A DNA stretch of 63,390 nucleotides, filler included, from Octopus bimaculoides (GCF_001194135.2; 9 parts of 8 records of this genome joined end to end with filler, not necessarily neighbours in it); one strand, 5' to 3'; shown: positions 26,486 to 39,479, numbered from the whole stretch's first letter. Program-made: numbers and translations. The notes: generated by a model from the sequence alone, not told the origin.

Positions 26486-26576
<91 letters not shown>

Positions 26577-26790
26577 GTGTATATATTTGTGTGTCTGTGT
26601 TTGTCCCCCCATCATTGCTTGACAACCAATGCTGGTGTGTTTATGTTTCCATAACTTAGTGGTTCGGCAAAAAGAGGCCGATAGAAGTACTAGGCTTACA
26701 AAGAATGTCCTGGGGTCGATTTTCTCGACTAAAGACGGTGCTCCAGCATGGCTGTAGTCAAATGACTGAAACAAGTAAAAGAGTAAAGAG
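26317..26790 (+). mobile_element. Full-length family A SINE with internal (TA)n(TG)n
   Basis: tRNA-like head, CORE-like CACCTTGAGCAAG, and tail GACGGTGCTCCAGCATGGCTGTAGTCAAATGACTGAAACAAGTAAAAGAG. Confidence 0.9.
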
Positions 26791-27516
26791 TAATCTAAGA
26801 CACAAGCAATAAGAGTAAAATCAAAAGTTTGAAGTAATGAATAGTAATATTGATTTAGTTACAGGCCAGCTCTGATTGAAGAAATATATGACCAAAAGCC
26901 TTCTAACACAGTACATCCTGTACTTTTAGGCATAGTGTATCTAGAGCTAAATAAAGCAATGCACCCTCTTCTTTTTTGAAGGCATTTGGATGTTATTTAA
27001 ATAGATTTATCTAGTATTTCTTGTAGGCTAAGAGAGTGCAGAGAAACTTTCTCTTATGAAAAATTAAACTTTATACTCATTGTACTCCAGAAGCAAAGTA
27101 CAATGCTAAACATATAAAAAAGATTGTAATCACCATAGGAACATTCTCTATTTGGAGAAGACAAATAGAATCCAGTATCAGTGCAGAATATACAAGTAAA
27201 AGATGACCAGAAACTGTGTATGAAATGATAACATATGTTATATGAGAGTGGTGTGTGTATGTGTTTTGTTCTAGTTTATGTTTGTGAGTATCTCGTTTAC
27301 TATGTGCAGTTTGATTCATTGATCAATCACTTGAAAGATATACAATGATATATAAGTTGACTCTACATATCAGTAATAAAAATAAAGCACTTATATACTG
27401 TACTTAATATGAAATAGAATATTTGTGTATGTATGTGTATGTGTTTACCTGTTTCATACCTCAACATTCGTTCTAGCTTCTACAATGATCAGAAATATGT
27501 ACACCCCACCCCACAG

Positions 27517-27589
<73 letters not shown>

Positions 27590-28734
27590 TTTGTATGTGT
27601 GTGGATATAAATGCATATATATTCATACAGACACACAGACACAAACACACACACACACATACATATGTATATTGTAATACTTTTAAGATATATTTAGTTC
27701 AGTTGTAACAAATTTTTCTACTCAAGTTTACTTTTATAGAGTCTCTTTCATAACAGACACATACGATCTCATATATACACACATACACATGCACATCCAC
27801 TTATGCACACACATATACACAGACACAAACACACTCACACTCACACAAACTCTCTCCCTCCCTCTATCTCTCTCTCTCTTACACATATTTATTTTTGTAT
27901 GTGGATGGGCGTGTGTTGACAATGTTTTAGGATGTTTATTGTGTTTCCATGAGCAATATTTTTTGTTGTCATTATCATATTATTGTTTCGCAATATATAC
28001 ATCAACAATTTATTTCCCATTGAACTCTTTCTAGACATATTTTTCTCTTATTATTCTTGTAGCATATTTATCATTTGCTGAATTCATGCTGTTGCGTAAA
28101 TTATTTTTCATATGTTTGATGTAAAAAATTTTTGTGTTAATCATGTTTTTTTTCTTGTATTTATATATCATTTTAAAATGCTTACATTTAATTATTGCAA
28201 TGTCTTTTAGGATGTAATATGCTTGTAACTGTGTATCATTGTATGCTGGTAAACACAGATCGCTTTTATCTGCTTTTGGATTCTTCATTATGATTGACAT
28301 TATCAACACTACCACCATCACCTCCAACATCAATTTTTACATCTACTTTTCATTTTGGCAGAGGTTGGACAAGGTATCACTGAATCAGTGAGTTCTTATA
28401 CAGAGTCATTTCTATTTTATATGAATTGGAAGACCTTATTTCACTTAAGAAATCTATTTTTGATATTGTTTCTATTGTTTAATACCCATTCTAACAACAA
28501 ACTTCTTAAAAATGTACTGGGTGTACTTAATCATAGCACCAGCACTAGAGAGTTTGTCATGTCCTCAACAAGACTAAAAAGTCCTCTCGAAGTTCATTAA
28601 TTAGACATAGCAAATCAGATGTCTGTTGTTTTGATGCTGAGAGGTATATGCCTGCTGATTCATTTGTTCTAATGCTGACAGTATATGCCTGTTGTGTGTG
28701 TGTGTTTGTGCGCATGTGTTGTGTGTGTGTCTAT

Positions 28735-28845
28735 TATTTTCAGTTTCAAACTCATTTGGTTGCAATCGCAGTCTTAAATATATTTCCTCAAAGTAGCCAA
28801 ATAAGATTTGGCTTTTCCAATCAATTTGTAGATTTCAACATCCAT
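28735..28845 (-). mobile_element. Possible ancient RTE RT C-terminal remnant
   Basis: MDVEIYKLIGKAKSYLATLRKYI*..MSLKLKI resembles the RTE motif D.EI..RIGKA..F..L...W...LSLKTK. Short and decayed. Confidence 0.35.
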
Positions 28846-29139
28846 GGGTGCAGTTCATAACAAGACTGAAAGAATCCTCAAACACTTCTCCCAACACTTT
28901 TACTCAACCAGCCACTCCTCCGGCTATCTTTTAGTCTATAATTTCCACCAATACACTGGGTGGATCTTATGAGAGTCTCTTACACACAAGGCCTTAATAC
29001 ACTCTTCAACTATTTCTGATTCTATCTTCTACTTTCTTTCTCTCTATCCTCAAGAGTTGTCTTTATTGGCACATGGCTTTTATTTGATTGCATTCTAAAA
29101 TATATATATTCTACAATACTATCAACAATTTGTTTCATC

Positions 29140-29636
29140 TAAATAGACGACCCAGCAAGCCAAATGAGATCGTATCCTCAGCCGATGCCAGTGACACATA
29201 ACTGGCCCTTTTAAAAGTACCCTTTTATGTCGGGCAATATGCTGTGCTTGAGAAGACCTGTTGAGTCAAATGAATCATTGCTGTGACTCATACCAATTCT
29301 GCCTGACTGGCACCCATGCAAGTGGCACGTAAAAAGCACCATTCGAGTGCAGCTGATGCTAGTGTTGCTTGACTGGCTCCTGTGCCAGTGGCACATAAAA
29401 GGCACCATTCAAGTAGTGGTCGTTGCTAGTACTGCCTGACTGACCACCATGCTGGTGGCATGTAAAAAGTATTCACTACACTCTCAGGGTGCTTGGCATT
29501 AGGAAGGGCATTCAGGTATAGTAACCTTGCCAGAACAGATTGAGGCCTGGTGTGGCCTCCTGGCTTTCCAGTCCTCAGTCAAACCGTCCAACCCATGCCA
29601 GCATGGAAAGCAGACGTTAAATGATGATGATGATGG
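29140..29636 (+). mobile_element. Long family C copy with three internal subrepeats of about 60 bp
   Basis: GACTG..CC.TGC.GTGGCA..TAAAA.G.A motif occurs three times; ends AACCCATGCCAGCATGGAAAGCAGACGTTAAAT(GAT)n. Confidence 0.8.
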
Positions 29637-31260
29637 TGCACTCAGAATTTTCAAATTTTGCAGTATATTACTTTAGATGATGTTACATCAGAAGTGTTGA
29701 TCACATTGATATATGATATGATGCACACTAGAGAGGAAGAACAAGGCACCAAGATTGAGATTATGTAGATTTACCAAGTTGGGTGTATTTGAGAATGAGA
29801 GAACTAGCTACTTGAAATTTTTATCCTATTTTATAAGATAAAAATGGCTGGCAGGTAAATATTGTAGGCTTCTTGTGTTCTTTTTTGGGCATAGATTTAC
29901 TTCAATTCAATTATGAATATATAAAGGAAATTTAATAATTCAAAGTTTAATATTGCACACTTAACATGCTAAACTACAAATTCTTGTATTATTATTTATC
30001 ATCATGATGTCATTGCCATCAAGCACATTATCATCATCATTGTAATCATCATCGTTACTCATTTTTAGCTTTTATTATCATGATCAAAACCATTGTCATA
30101 GTCATCATCATAATTGTCACTACCATCACCACCACAACAACACCATCATCATCAGGTGCAATACCATCATTCTGCTCTCAACAATTATTTTGCCAACATT
30201 ATTATCATTCTGGCCATCACCATAACTATTATCATCCACGTTATTAATTCCATATAGGATATATCTTAATCATGGATATCATCACCATTATTTTCTCTTT
30301 TTCTTTATCTCTTTCTCCTTCTCCCTCTCTCTTTATCTCTGCCATTCCCATCAGCATTATCCATACTGTATATTTGCCAACAACTGTCCAATCCACCATA
30401 AACAGCACCCACCCTACCCAACCACCACCGCCGCCGCCGCCGCCACCACCATCATCATCATGGTCATCATCACCACTAACCACCAGTCTATTACCTCTGT
30501 CATACTGAACAACCATTAGCATCACTAACTATCACAAATAGTCAATCTCATTACCAGATTCAAAATTGTTACAGTCACCAATTCTTTTGCCACCTCCACC
30601 AACGCTACCAATACCAATTTGTAAAAATCTACCCCCATCACCTCCTTCCAGTACCACCACCATGACTAACTACTAACACAAATATCGACCCTTCACTTTC
30701 CTATCCTTACCATCACCCTCACTACCATTCCCCACCCTGCCAACATTTTTTATACTTATTTCTGTTTTATATTTCTTGTTATTATCAATTCAATCAAGAA
30801 TTTTTATTCTATTATAATTTCTCTCTGTCCTTCTCTGTTACATTGCTGTTGTAATTTTTTCTCTAATATTCATATTGATTCATTTTATTATATTTCTTTT
30901 ATTTTATATGTGTGTTTTAATTAGGTTTAATATGATTTCCTGATTCTCCATTACCGAAATTATCTATGAAATACTCTCAAGCTATGAATGTAAAATTGGT
31001 TTTTAGTTTCAGTTCTTCAATAACTTAGATATAAAATTTTCATGAATATCACTGACAATTATAAAAGCATCAAGTACATGTGTGGCCATGTGGCTATGAA
31101 ATATCCTTTACTTTGTAAAGGTTATTTCTACAGATATCTGATAGAAATTATAGCCAGCACTGATTTTTTGCTACAATGTTTTGTACACGAGACATCAGAT
31201 GTAAACAAACAATGAGATCGAAGATAAAAAGTGGGTAATGGGTGTACATGCATGTTGTGT

Positions 31261-31545
31261 TTAACAAACTGGACCCAGCATGTTGTGGTTGATGGAATCC
31301 ACTCAAGACCAGCAACAGTCATCAGCGGAGTCCTGCAGAGTACTGTGCTGGGTCCACTTCTTTTTATTGTCGATATCAATGACATTGCAAATTTTATTGA
31401 ACTTAGCACCATTAAAATATTTGCAGATGACTTTAAGCATATGATTGAACGATGCTTCAATTGGACCTATGTGCAGTAAGTAACCCAGTGGGCACAAAAA
31501 AACAATGTGAAGTTGAATGAAGAAAAATTTGAGCTCATCAACGTT
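31261..31545 (+). mobile_element. CR1-clade LINE reverse transcriptase fragment
   Basis: QHVVVDG..S..VISGVLQSTVLGPLLFIVDIND..IKIFADD, then WAQKNNVKLNEEKFEL. Confidence 0.85.
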
Positions 31546-31914
31546 AAAGGAAAAAATTGAAGGTTCTGAGTGCTTACCTTTTATTCTGCAACATTTTTAT
31601 GTACAAGATGTTCAGCTAAATTTGGGGATTTTTATGTCCCCTTTTTTACAGAAACACCATGATGTATTGGTGAACAGTCAATGGGGAGCATAAATATTAA
31701 AGTTGTAATTGAGGAAAAAGTTAACTGATGTGGAGAACTGGAATCCATTGGAGTATAGAAAAAGAGTTACCTGTATTATGATGATTCATGTTAAGTATCA
31801 AAATGGTATCATGGGTATCAGGTTGGGTATCATGACTGTTTTTCAATGATCTGTAAACACTGTAAAAGCTGTAAGGCATGACATGGAATATCATGAAAAC
31901 CAACCTCCTCCAAA

Positions 31915-32454
31915 CTGTGTTAGGCTCAATTCAGACAGTTGTGTGAAACTGCTGGAGCCTGTGGTCAAACCCTGGCTACGGAAGATTGTTGCTAGAAGGC
32001 CATATACGTGGAAACATGATTTTCCTCCTTGCTATACGCCCAGAAGAAGTCATGAGTGTTTGTTGGAAAATGTCTATGACTTCACATGCCCCCATTTCTC
32101 ACCTTCTAATTTCCCTGATTGTAATCCTGCTGATTACTATGTGTAGGCTGTGATTGAGAAAGACACCAATCACTCTGCCGGCAATACCAAGGCTGAGCTG
32201 GTAGCCAAGATCAAGGATGTGTTTGAAGATCTTCGCAGGGACACAGGGAGGAACACATACACCTACACCAGGTTCTGGACCTATCTTGAGATGGTGATGG
32301 AAACTGAGGGAGGCTACTTTGACTAAACTGTTATCTCCCACCGATAATCTATTTGATATGTTTTTGATTTTATAAAATACTTTTATTTTTGGATGGAATT
32401 ATGTGTTTTCTTTTCTTTTTAAGTAAACTGTTAAATTTAACTTGAACACCTTGT
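31915..32454 (+). mobile_element. maT/DD37D Tc1-mariner transposon, 3' half
   Basis: VVKPWL..RRPYTWKHD...PDCNPADYYV has exactly 37 residues between the two aspartates. C-terminus EGGYFD*; TIR-like end AACTTGAACACCTTGT. Confidence 0.85.
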
Positions 32455-33300
32455 GCATGTACCTGCACATGAACAATGATCATGTGTTGCCTGCATGTGT
32501 TTTGTGGGCTGTTAGTGTGTGGAATTTTTATTTATGTACGTGTATATGTATGAGGTGTTGGCTTATGATAGAAGAAAAGCATAAGAGTTTTTAATAGATA
32601 CTTGCAAAAGAAGTATCTGAGCAATGTATATGCTTATGTTGTATTTAGAACAATGAAGGCAAGAAAGAAATCCAAAGTTAAAGGTTTTATATAAGTATCT
32701 TTGTACAAAAGCAACAGTTCTTATCAATTATCAAAGAGAAAAACCCTTTCACGATTCTTGCCCTGTCTCTGACACACTCTCTTCTCATTCTCACTTTCTT
32801 CCACACATCATTTCTGATTATGACTGCACTAAATACCTCGGTATGGATTTTTAATCTTAGTTACCACACATATTAACAAACATAGAAAAGCATACACACA
32901 TTTACGTTTAATCATACTGCATAGATCATAAACCCTTATTGAGTAATGGCTACAACATAGTTTTGATTTCTAATTTATTGAATAAATAGCTCGTCCAAAA
33001 TAGTACAGTAATCACATCTCATATAATGAGCAAAACAAGAAGAAGACAAAATGATAAGGACAAGTTTTAACAAAGGTATTATTAGTATCATGCTTGAAAG
33101 GAAGGAAAAGGATGCAGCCTCCTGGCTTGCCAGTCCTCAGTCAAACAGNNNNNNNNNNNNNNNNNNNNNNNNNNNNNNNNNNNNNNNNNNNNTTAATTAA
33201 TTAANNNNNNNNNNNNNNNNNNNNNNNNNNNNNNNNNNNNNNNNNNNNTATATATATTTGTTTTGCAAGATTTTTTATGTGAAATCGTGTGTTGAAACAG

Positions 33301-33384
33301 ATGTTGTTGTACTTGGGGGATGGTCATATTGCCACAGTGCGTGTGTTTTTATTGGCTAAACTGGCAATATGACCATCCCCAAGT

Positions 33385-33394
<10 letters not shown>
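33301..33394. repeat. 33-bp near-perfect inverted repeat (27-nt loop), related to 54366-54721
   Basis: ATGTTGTTGTACTTGGGGGATGGTCATATTGCCA versus the reverse complement of TGGCAATATGACCATCCCCAAGTACAACAACAT; they differ by one G indel. Confidence 0.9.
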
Positions 33395-33415
<21 letters not shown>

Positions 33416-33946
33416 CATACAAGTATATGTGTCAAAACATGTACCCACGTGTACATATACATACGTACACACACACATACACACGCACACGTACACTCTT
33501 TCTGTTTCTCTCTCACACACACAGAGGCAGTAGTGTTTATATTCAGTATATCAATGAAGTCATCAAGGCGATTGAATGAGAGACTGTCGAGATAATATCT
33601 CACAGGATGATATATCAATGCCAAGCTTTCTTCACCTTTCTTTTGTATCTCCCCCACTCACCTCAGCGCCACCTTCTATTTTTTTATCACTTCACCAAAT
33701 CATTTACCACCTTTCGTATGATAAGAAAAATAAGCAGTCATTTACATAACACTATTTATTATATGATATTAACAGCTTTCTATTAATGTAATATTGGCAT
33801 CCTTTAAATCAGCATTTGAGAAAACAGATGTAGCGAAAACTGAACACTGACCAAGATTCTTTACGACCTAAAATTTTTATCCTAATTGGATTCTCCAAAT
33901 TTAACACAGTGTAAGAAAGCGTGGAACTATACAATAATATGTTATA

Positions 33947-34360
33947 GCTGTGTGGTAAGAAGCTTGTTTCCCAACCACATGGTTCCGGGTTCAATTCCAC
34001 TGCGTGGCACCTTGGGCAAGTGTTTTCTATAGCCTCGGGTCAACCAAAGCCTTGTGAGTGAATTTGGTAGACAAAAACGGAAAGAAGCTCGTCGTATACA
34101 CACACACACATGCACATATATATGTATATATATATATATGTGTGTCTGTGTGTGTCTGTGTGTTTGTCCCTCCACCATCGCTTGACAACAGATATAGGTG
34201 TGTTTTCCTCTCCGTAACTTAGCGGTTCGGCCAAAGAACCGACAGAATAAGTACTAGGCTTACAAACAACAAGTCTTGTTTCGAACAATAATTTGTTCGA
34301 CTAAAGGTAGTGCTCCAGCATGGCCGCAGTCAAAGAACTGAAACAAGCGAAAGAATAAAA
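33947..34360 (+). mobile_element. Near full-length family A SINE
   Basis: Head, CACCTTGGGCAAGTG core and GGTGCTCC-type tail (TAGTGCTCCAGCATGGCCGCAGTC). Confidence 0.9.
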
Positions 34361-34934
34361 ATATATATATACATATATATAAGTCAGTAAATGGTGGGGT
34401 TGTGTTAACTGCACGTGGAGAAATAATAAGAAAATAAAAAATAATAATAAGGCAGACTGCTAAACTGAAACCATATTTTACTATAGATGTGTATAGGGAA
34501 GATTAAAAAGGATTTCTAACTGGCTTTCATTGCATGGCAAATTTTCAAGATGACGGAGAATGAAATTGTTTTTTACCAAAAAATAAAAAATAATATATAA
34601 AAAAAATAAATATACCAATACATTATATTGTCGTTGAGCTTTTAAAGTTCAATGGTAATCCATGTAGATAATTATTAGGAAGATTAGGATGCATTGAATT
34701 TAGAGTAGTGTTGTGTTTCCCAAAAAAGGGGCTGAAAGTTTATGTGTTAAACAGGAATGTTTAACACATAAACTTTATNNNNNNNNNNNNNNNNNNNNNN
34801 NNNNNNNNNNNNNNNNNNNNNNNNNNNNNNNNNNNNNNNNNNNNNNNNNNNNNNNNNNNNNNNNNNNNNNNNNNNNNNNNNNNNNNNNNNNNNNNNNNNN
34901 NNNNNNNNNNNNATATATATATATATATATAATG

Positions 34935-35262
34935 GATATCGGCTTTGAAATCTCTAGTTTCTAAATCTAGATTACAAATATACATTTATACCAGTAATAA
35001 CTGGTACACTTGATTGTGTGAGTAAATACTTAACTGATAATCTGGATAACCTTGGATTTTCACAAAAAGAAATCAACCAACTAACTCACAAATTCCAAAT
35101 ACAATCTGTAAGTGGAACGGTAAAAATATACATGACTTCTCAAGTTTAAAATGTCACATTATTTCCATTGTCTATATTCGAACGGTGTAGCTTTGTTTCT
35201 TTGTTAGAAACCAGCTCCCTCCTGAGAGGAAAAATTTAAATATTGAAAAACTGAAGAGATAC
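34935..35262 (+). mobile_element. RLE-type LINE 3' fragment, copy 1 of tandem pair
   Basis: DYKYTFIPVITGTL..LGFSQKE..QIQSVSGTVKI, then 3' UTR GTTAGAAACC...AAACTGAA, then (ATAC)n. Confidence 0.75.
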
Positions 35263-35329
35263 ATACATACATACATGCATACATATATACATACATACAT
35301 GCATACATACATACATACATACATATAAG

Positions 35330-36020
35330 GAAATCCGTCAGAAGGATAATTCCGAGGAAAAAGAAATAAGAACCCACAATATGGTAGAAGCCACAGCCAC
35401 TCATAATAAAAAGGAATACTGTTGAAATGTACCAGTGAAGTCTTCAATAAGATGTAAGTACAACAGACCTAATTTAATGATTTGGGATAGAGAAGAGAAA
35501 CTGCGTACAGTTGTGGAATGTAGATCAGTGAAAAAGAGAACACCTTTTTCACTGAACACTCTATCCAGATTACAAGTTCAGGTTTATACCTGTAATTATT
35601 GGGGCACTGGGATATATAACACACTGCCTAAATACCAATCTTGAGGATTTAGGCTTCTCAAAACCAGAAAGTAGAAGGCTAATTCGAAGACTACAGATCC
35701 AGTCCATCACTGGAATTGTAAAAATCGGTAAAACTTACCAGAAGTTTATCATTTAAATATATATGAGCGTATCTAGACATGCAACTATATGCATGAGAAT
35801 ACATCCATCCATCCATCCATCCATCCATCCATCCATCCATCCATCCATCCATACATACATACATGCGTGCATACACACATACATACATACATACATACAT
35901 ACATACAAACAAAAATACTCTGTTGATATTGAAATTCCAATGAATGAGCCCTGGTTGTAGGTTAGAAACCAATTCTTTCTCTATTGGCAAGAAATCTTGA
36001 AATAAACTGAACAATGACAT
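35330..36020 (+). mobile_element. RLE-type LINE 3' fragment, copy 2 of tandem pair
   Basis: HNKKEYC*NVPVKSSIRCKYNRPNLMIWDREEK..VVE (decayed PD-(D/E)xK site), [30 protein letters not shown]. 3' UTR contains (CATC)n(CATA)n and ends AAACTGAACAATGACATAC. Confidence 0.8.
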
Positions 36021-36044
36021 ACATAAACATGCACGCATATAAAT

Positions 36045-36713
36045 TTGATGCATATATGTACCCAGAAAAGGGAAATTCTTATCTGCAAAGACTACGGAAA
36101 ACCGTTTGGTCCGTGCCAAGGGGTTACTTAAGAAATTTAAAAGCCCTCACAAACATGTCTTGTTTTGGGTCATCTCTGATGAGAAAAATGTCGACCATGG
36201 CGAAAACTCGATGAAGAGAAATGACAAATCGTTATGTGCAGATCCTTCTGATGCCCCATGTGTTATGCATTCGAAGTTTCTAGCAACTTTGATGGTTGTA
36301 GGATGTTTGAGTAACAAAGATCATGTGTCATGTTATATCTTTCACGAGGCCTTAGAGTCAATACAGTTGGATAGGTTGAGGTGCTGAAGTCAGTTGTTAA
36401 ACTCTGGATGGATGAAGTATGCAGTGGAAGGTCATATATGTTTCAACAAGTCTCAGTATCTCACAAAGACTACGTAATCTAAGAATGGTCGTCAGATAAA
36501 CTTTAAGGTCCATGTGGCTAAAAAACTTGCGGTCTCGAAATTCAATAGATTTAAATTCTATGGACTACCACGTTCAGAGTATTGTTGAAAGGTAGATTAA
36601 TCGACATACTCACAGTACAATAGCTTCACTGAAAGCCGTCATTGTCTATGTAAGGACAGTTTGATGCAGACATGTCACGATTAGGGTCTCGCATTGAAGC
36701 AGTCATCAAAGCT
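36045..36713 (+). mobile_element. maT/DD37D-like transposase remnant (catalytic region)
   Basis: [58 protein letters not shown], with stops and frameshifts. Confidence 0.85.
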
Positions 36714-36739
36714 ACAAGCTTTGATGACTGCTTCAATGC
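36691..36739. repeat. Perfect 23-bp hairpin with 3-nt loop
   Basis: GCATTGAAGCAGTCATCAAAGCT-ACA-AGCTTTGATGACTGCTTCAATGC. Confidence 0.95.
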
Positions 36740-36764
36740 AGGACCGTAATCATATTGAGAACAT

Positions 36765-37640
36765 GTTCTTTTGTTTAGTATTAACTTCAACTCAAGGGCT
36801 GTGGCCATGTTGGAGCACCGTCAACTGCCGTTACTACACTTTCATTAAACATCTTTTAGTAGCTGGCATTCGGCGGATGAAGGAGTTTAATGCTGCTGCC
36901 CTCATTCCCATTTCCTGCCGTGAAGTTGGCTGATCTGAGATCCGGTTTTGTTTTGAAGACATCGACTTGCACAGTATATATCTCTCAGCTCTTCTGGATG
37001 GATATTAAAAAGCTGTGGACTTTTGAGTCCCTGGATTTTGCAGCATCTGGTCCTGCATTTTCACAAGGAAGGGATTTTATGCGCCTTGCAATGGCACCCT
37101 GTTCTGGCGTTTTTGTATAACTTTCAATGCCAAAGTTTGGTTCAAGTCCTTCTAGGATCGTTCAGCTGACTATTGCAGTATACCTTTCCCCAACTTCGTT
37201 CCAGAAAATAAAGTCTGAACCTCTTGAGTCTCTCACAGTCGCTAATTTGCTGCATCGAGGCAATCTTCTGGACTGCTTCGAGTTCCGTTGTTAATTTCAC
37301 AAAATGTGGTGAACATAGTTGGGATCAATAGCCAAGTCGGCTTGGGGAAAAAGTCCTCCAGAGGACCTTCATCATCATCATCATCATCATCATTTCCTGT
37401 TGTTTTGTTTTGAAGGCTCTAAGAATCTATCCAGTCAGCCGCCAGCATTTCATTGCCAACTTAGTTTGTATGCATCGCTACTAATGTCAATGCACAGTTC
37501 ACTCACTGACTGCGATTCTGGAACTACGGTCCCTCCAGGTCCAGTGTATTTTACCTGCACTGTGTGGTCCTTGTTGGATTGAAGTTGTTTTATTAAATTA
37601 CCAAATAGGTTCTCAAATAACTCTTGCACCCTGTATACAT
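36765..37640 (-). mobile_element. CR1-clade LINE 3' end including 3' UTR
   Basis: KLAMKCWRLTG..ILRAFKT..KVLWRTF..SRLGY*SQLCSP..ELEAVQ..ERLKRFRLY.LER..AAALNS, then 3' UTR GACGGTGCTCCAACATGGCCACAG. Confidence 0.85.
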
Positions 37641-38428
37641 ACATGCATTGATATATATATANNNNNNNNNNNNNNNNNNNNNNNNNNNNNNNNNNNNNNN
37701 NNNNNNNNNNNNNNNNNNNNNNNNNNNNNNNNNNNNNNNNNNNNNNNNNNNNNNNNNNNNNNNNNNNNNNNNNNNNNNNNNNNNNNNNNNNNNNNNNNNN
37801 NNNNNNNNNNNNNNNNNNNNNNNNNNNNNNNNNNNNNNNNNNNNNNNNNNNNNNNNNNNNNNNNNNNNNNNNNNNNNNNNNNNNNNNNNNNNNNNNNNNN
37901 NNNNNNNNNNNNNNNNNNNNNNNNNNNNNNNNNNNNNNNNNNNNNNNNNNNNNNNNNNNNNNNNNNNNNNNNNNNNNNNNNNNNNNNNNNNNNNNNNNNN
38001 NNNNNNNNNNNNNNNNNNNNNNNNNNNNNNNNNNNNNNNNNNNNNNNNNNNNNNNNNNNNNNNNNNNNNNNNNNNNNNNNNNNNNNNNNNNNNNNNNNNN
38101 NNNNNNNNNNNNNNNNNNNNNNNNNNNNNNNNNNNNNNNNNNNNNNNNNNNNNNNNNNNNNNNNNNNNNNNNNNNNNNNNNNNNNNNNNNNNNNNNNNNN
38201 NNNNNNNNNNNNNNNNNNNNNNNNNNNNNNNNNNNNNNNNNNNNNNNNNNNNNNNNNNNNNNNNNNNNNNNNNNNNNNNNNNNNNNNNNNNNNNNNNNNN
38301 NNNNNNNNNNNNNNNNNNNNNNNNNNNNNNNNNNNNNNNNNNNNNNNNNNNNNNNNNNNNNNNNNNNNNNNNNNNNNNNNNNNNNNNNNNNNNNNNNNNN
38401 NNNNNNNNNNNNNNNNNNNNNNNNNNNN

Positions 38429-38480
<52 letters not shown>

Positions 38481-39479
38481 ATATACACATATGTCTGTCT
38501 GTATGTATATGAGGAGAAAGAAGGAGAAAGGGAGCGATATGGATTAATAAGAAATAAGGAAATGATGTAGACACCGTTACTAGTTCATATGAATTTCAAG
38601 TACGTAGAAACCTGTAGGTTTCTATGTCCTTGAAATCTGTAGGCCTTTATGCACTCAAAATTCAACCTTGCCACTTAAAATATTCCTCTACCCCTGTCGT
38701 TAAGAGAAATTATTATATCAGAGAATAAAAGGAGGCTGAATTAACAGAAAAGATTATATGTTTGTTTTACAGGAAGAGATACATAGGATGTTGGGATGTT
38801 CATGCATTTCCCCAATAACGTGTTTTGAATGAAGCTATTTAGCTGTACGAGGAAACGAAACTGCATTGTAGAATTAATGGGTAACATTAATTTCTAATTT
38901 TGGTAGAAGGACCACGTGTTTTCGGAAAGAGTTTTTTGTCGTTTTTAGAGTTTTTAGTTGGTTGTATCAGCCTCAGTATATTACTGGTATTTTATTGTAT
39001 TGGTCACCGTAGGTTAAGAGGTGACTCTGTCAACGGAGATATTTGAACTTAGAACGTAAAGATTCGAAATCAAATAAGATTGTAACCCTAGCTACCGATT
39101 CAGTGGGGGTCCATTTTAATACACGCTGCAGGTTTAGGTTTGGCAAACAAGTAAAGAATCTGTATTTAAGATGATGATGCATGGCCTGTCGTTAAAGATG
39201 AAGGGTATTTCGGGTGCGTGGAAGATGGAAAAAAGAAAATACTCAGAGGACCCCCATCGATTTAGACGATAAACATTCAGTTATTCAATCAACTGATCGT
39301 TAAATTAACGAATAAATGACTGAGTATTCCACACTTATACGCGAATCTCTTCACACAATTCCCAAGCCGAATCAGCAAGGCATTTTGTGAAAAAGTTCAC
39401 TTTTCGAGTTGGAGGCACAATCTGTCTCACAAGCATCTAAATAGTTTCTATCAACGCAGTTTCACTCATAATTCACTCA

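Noticed and set aside
38773-38880. Strong acceptor TTTGTTTTACAG followed by KRYIGCWD (WSC-like start)
   Set aside because: All three frames hit stops before the next donor.
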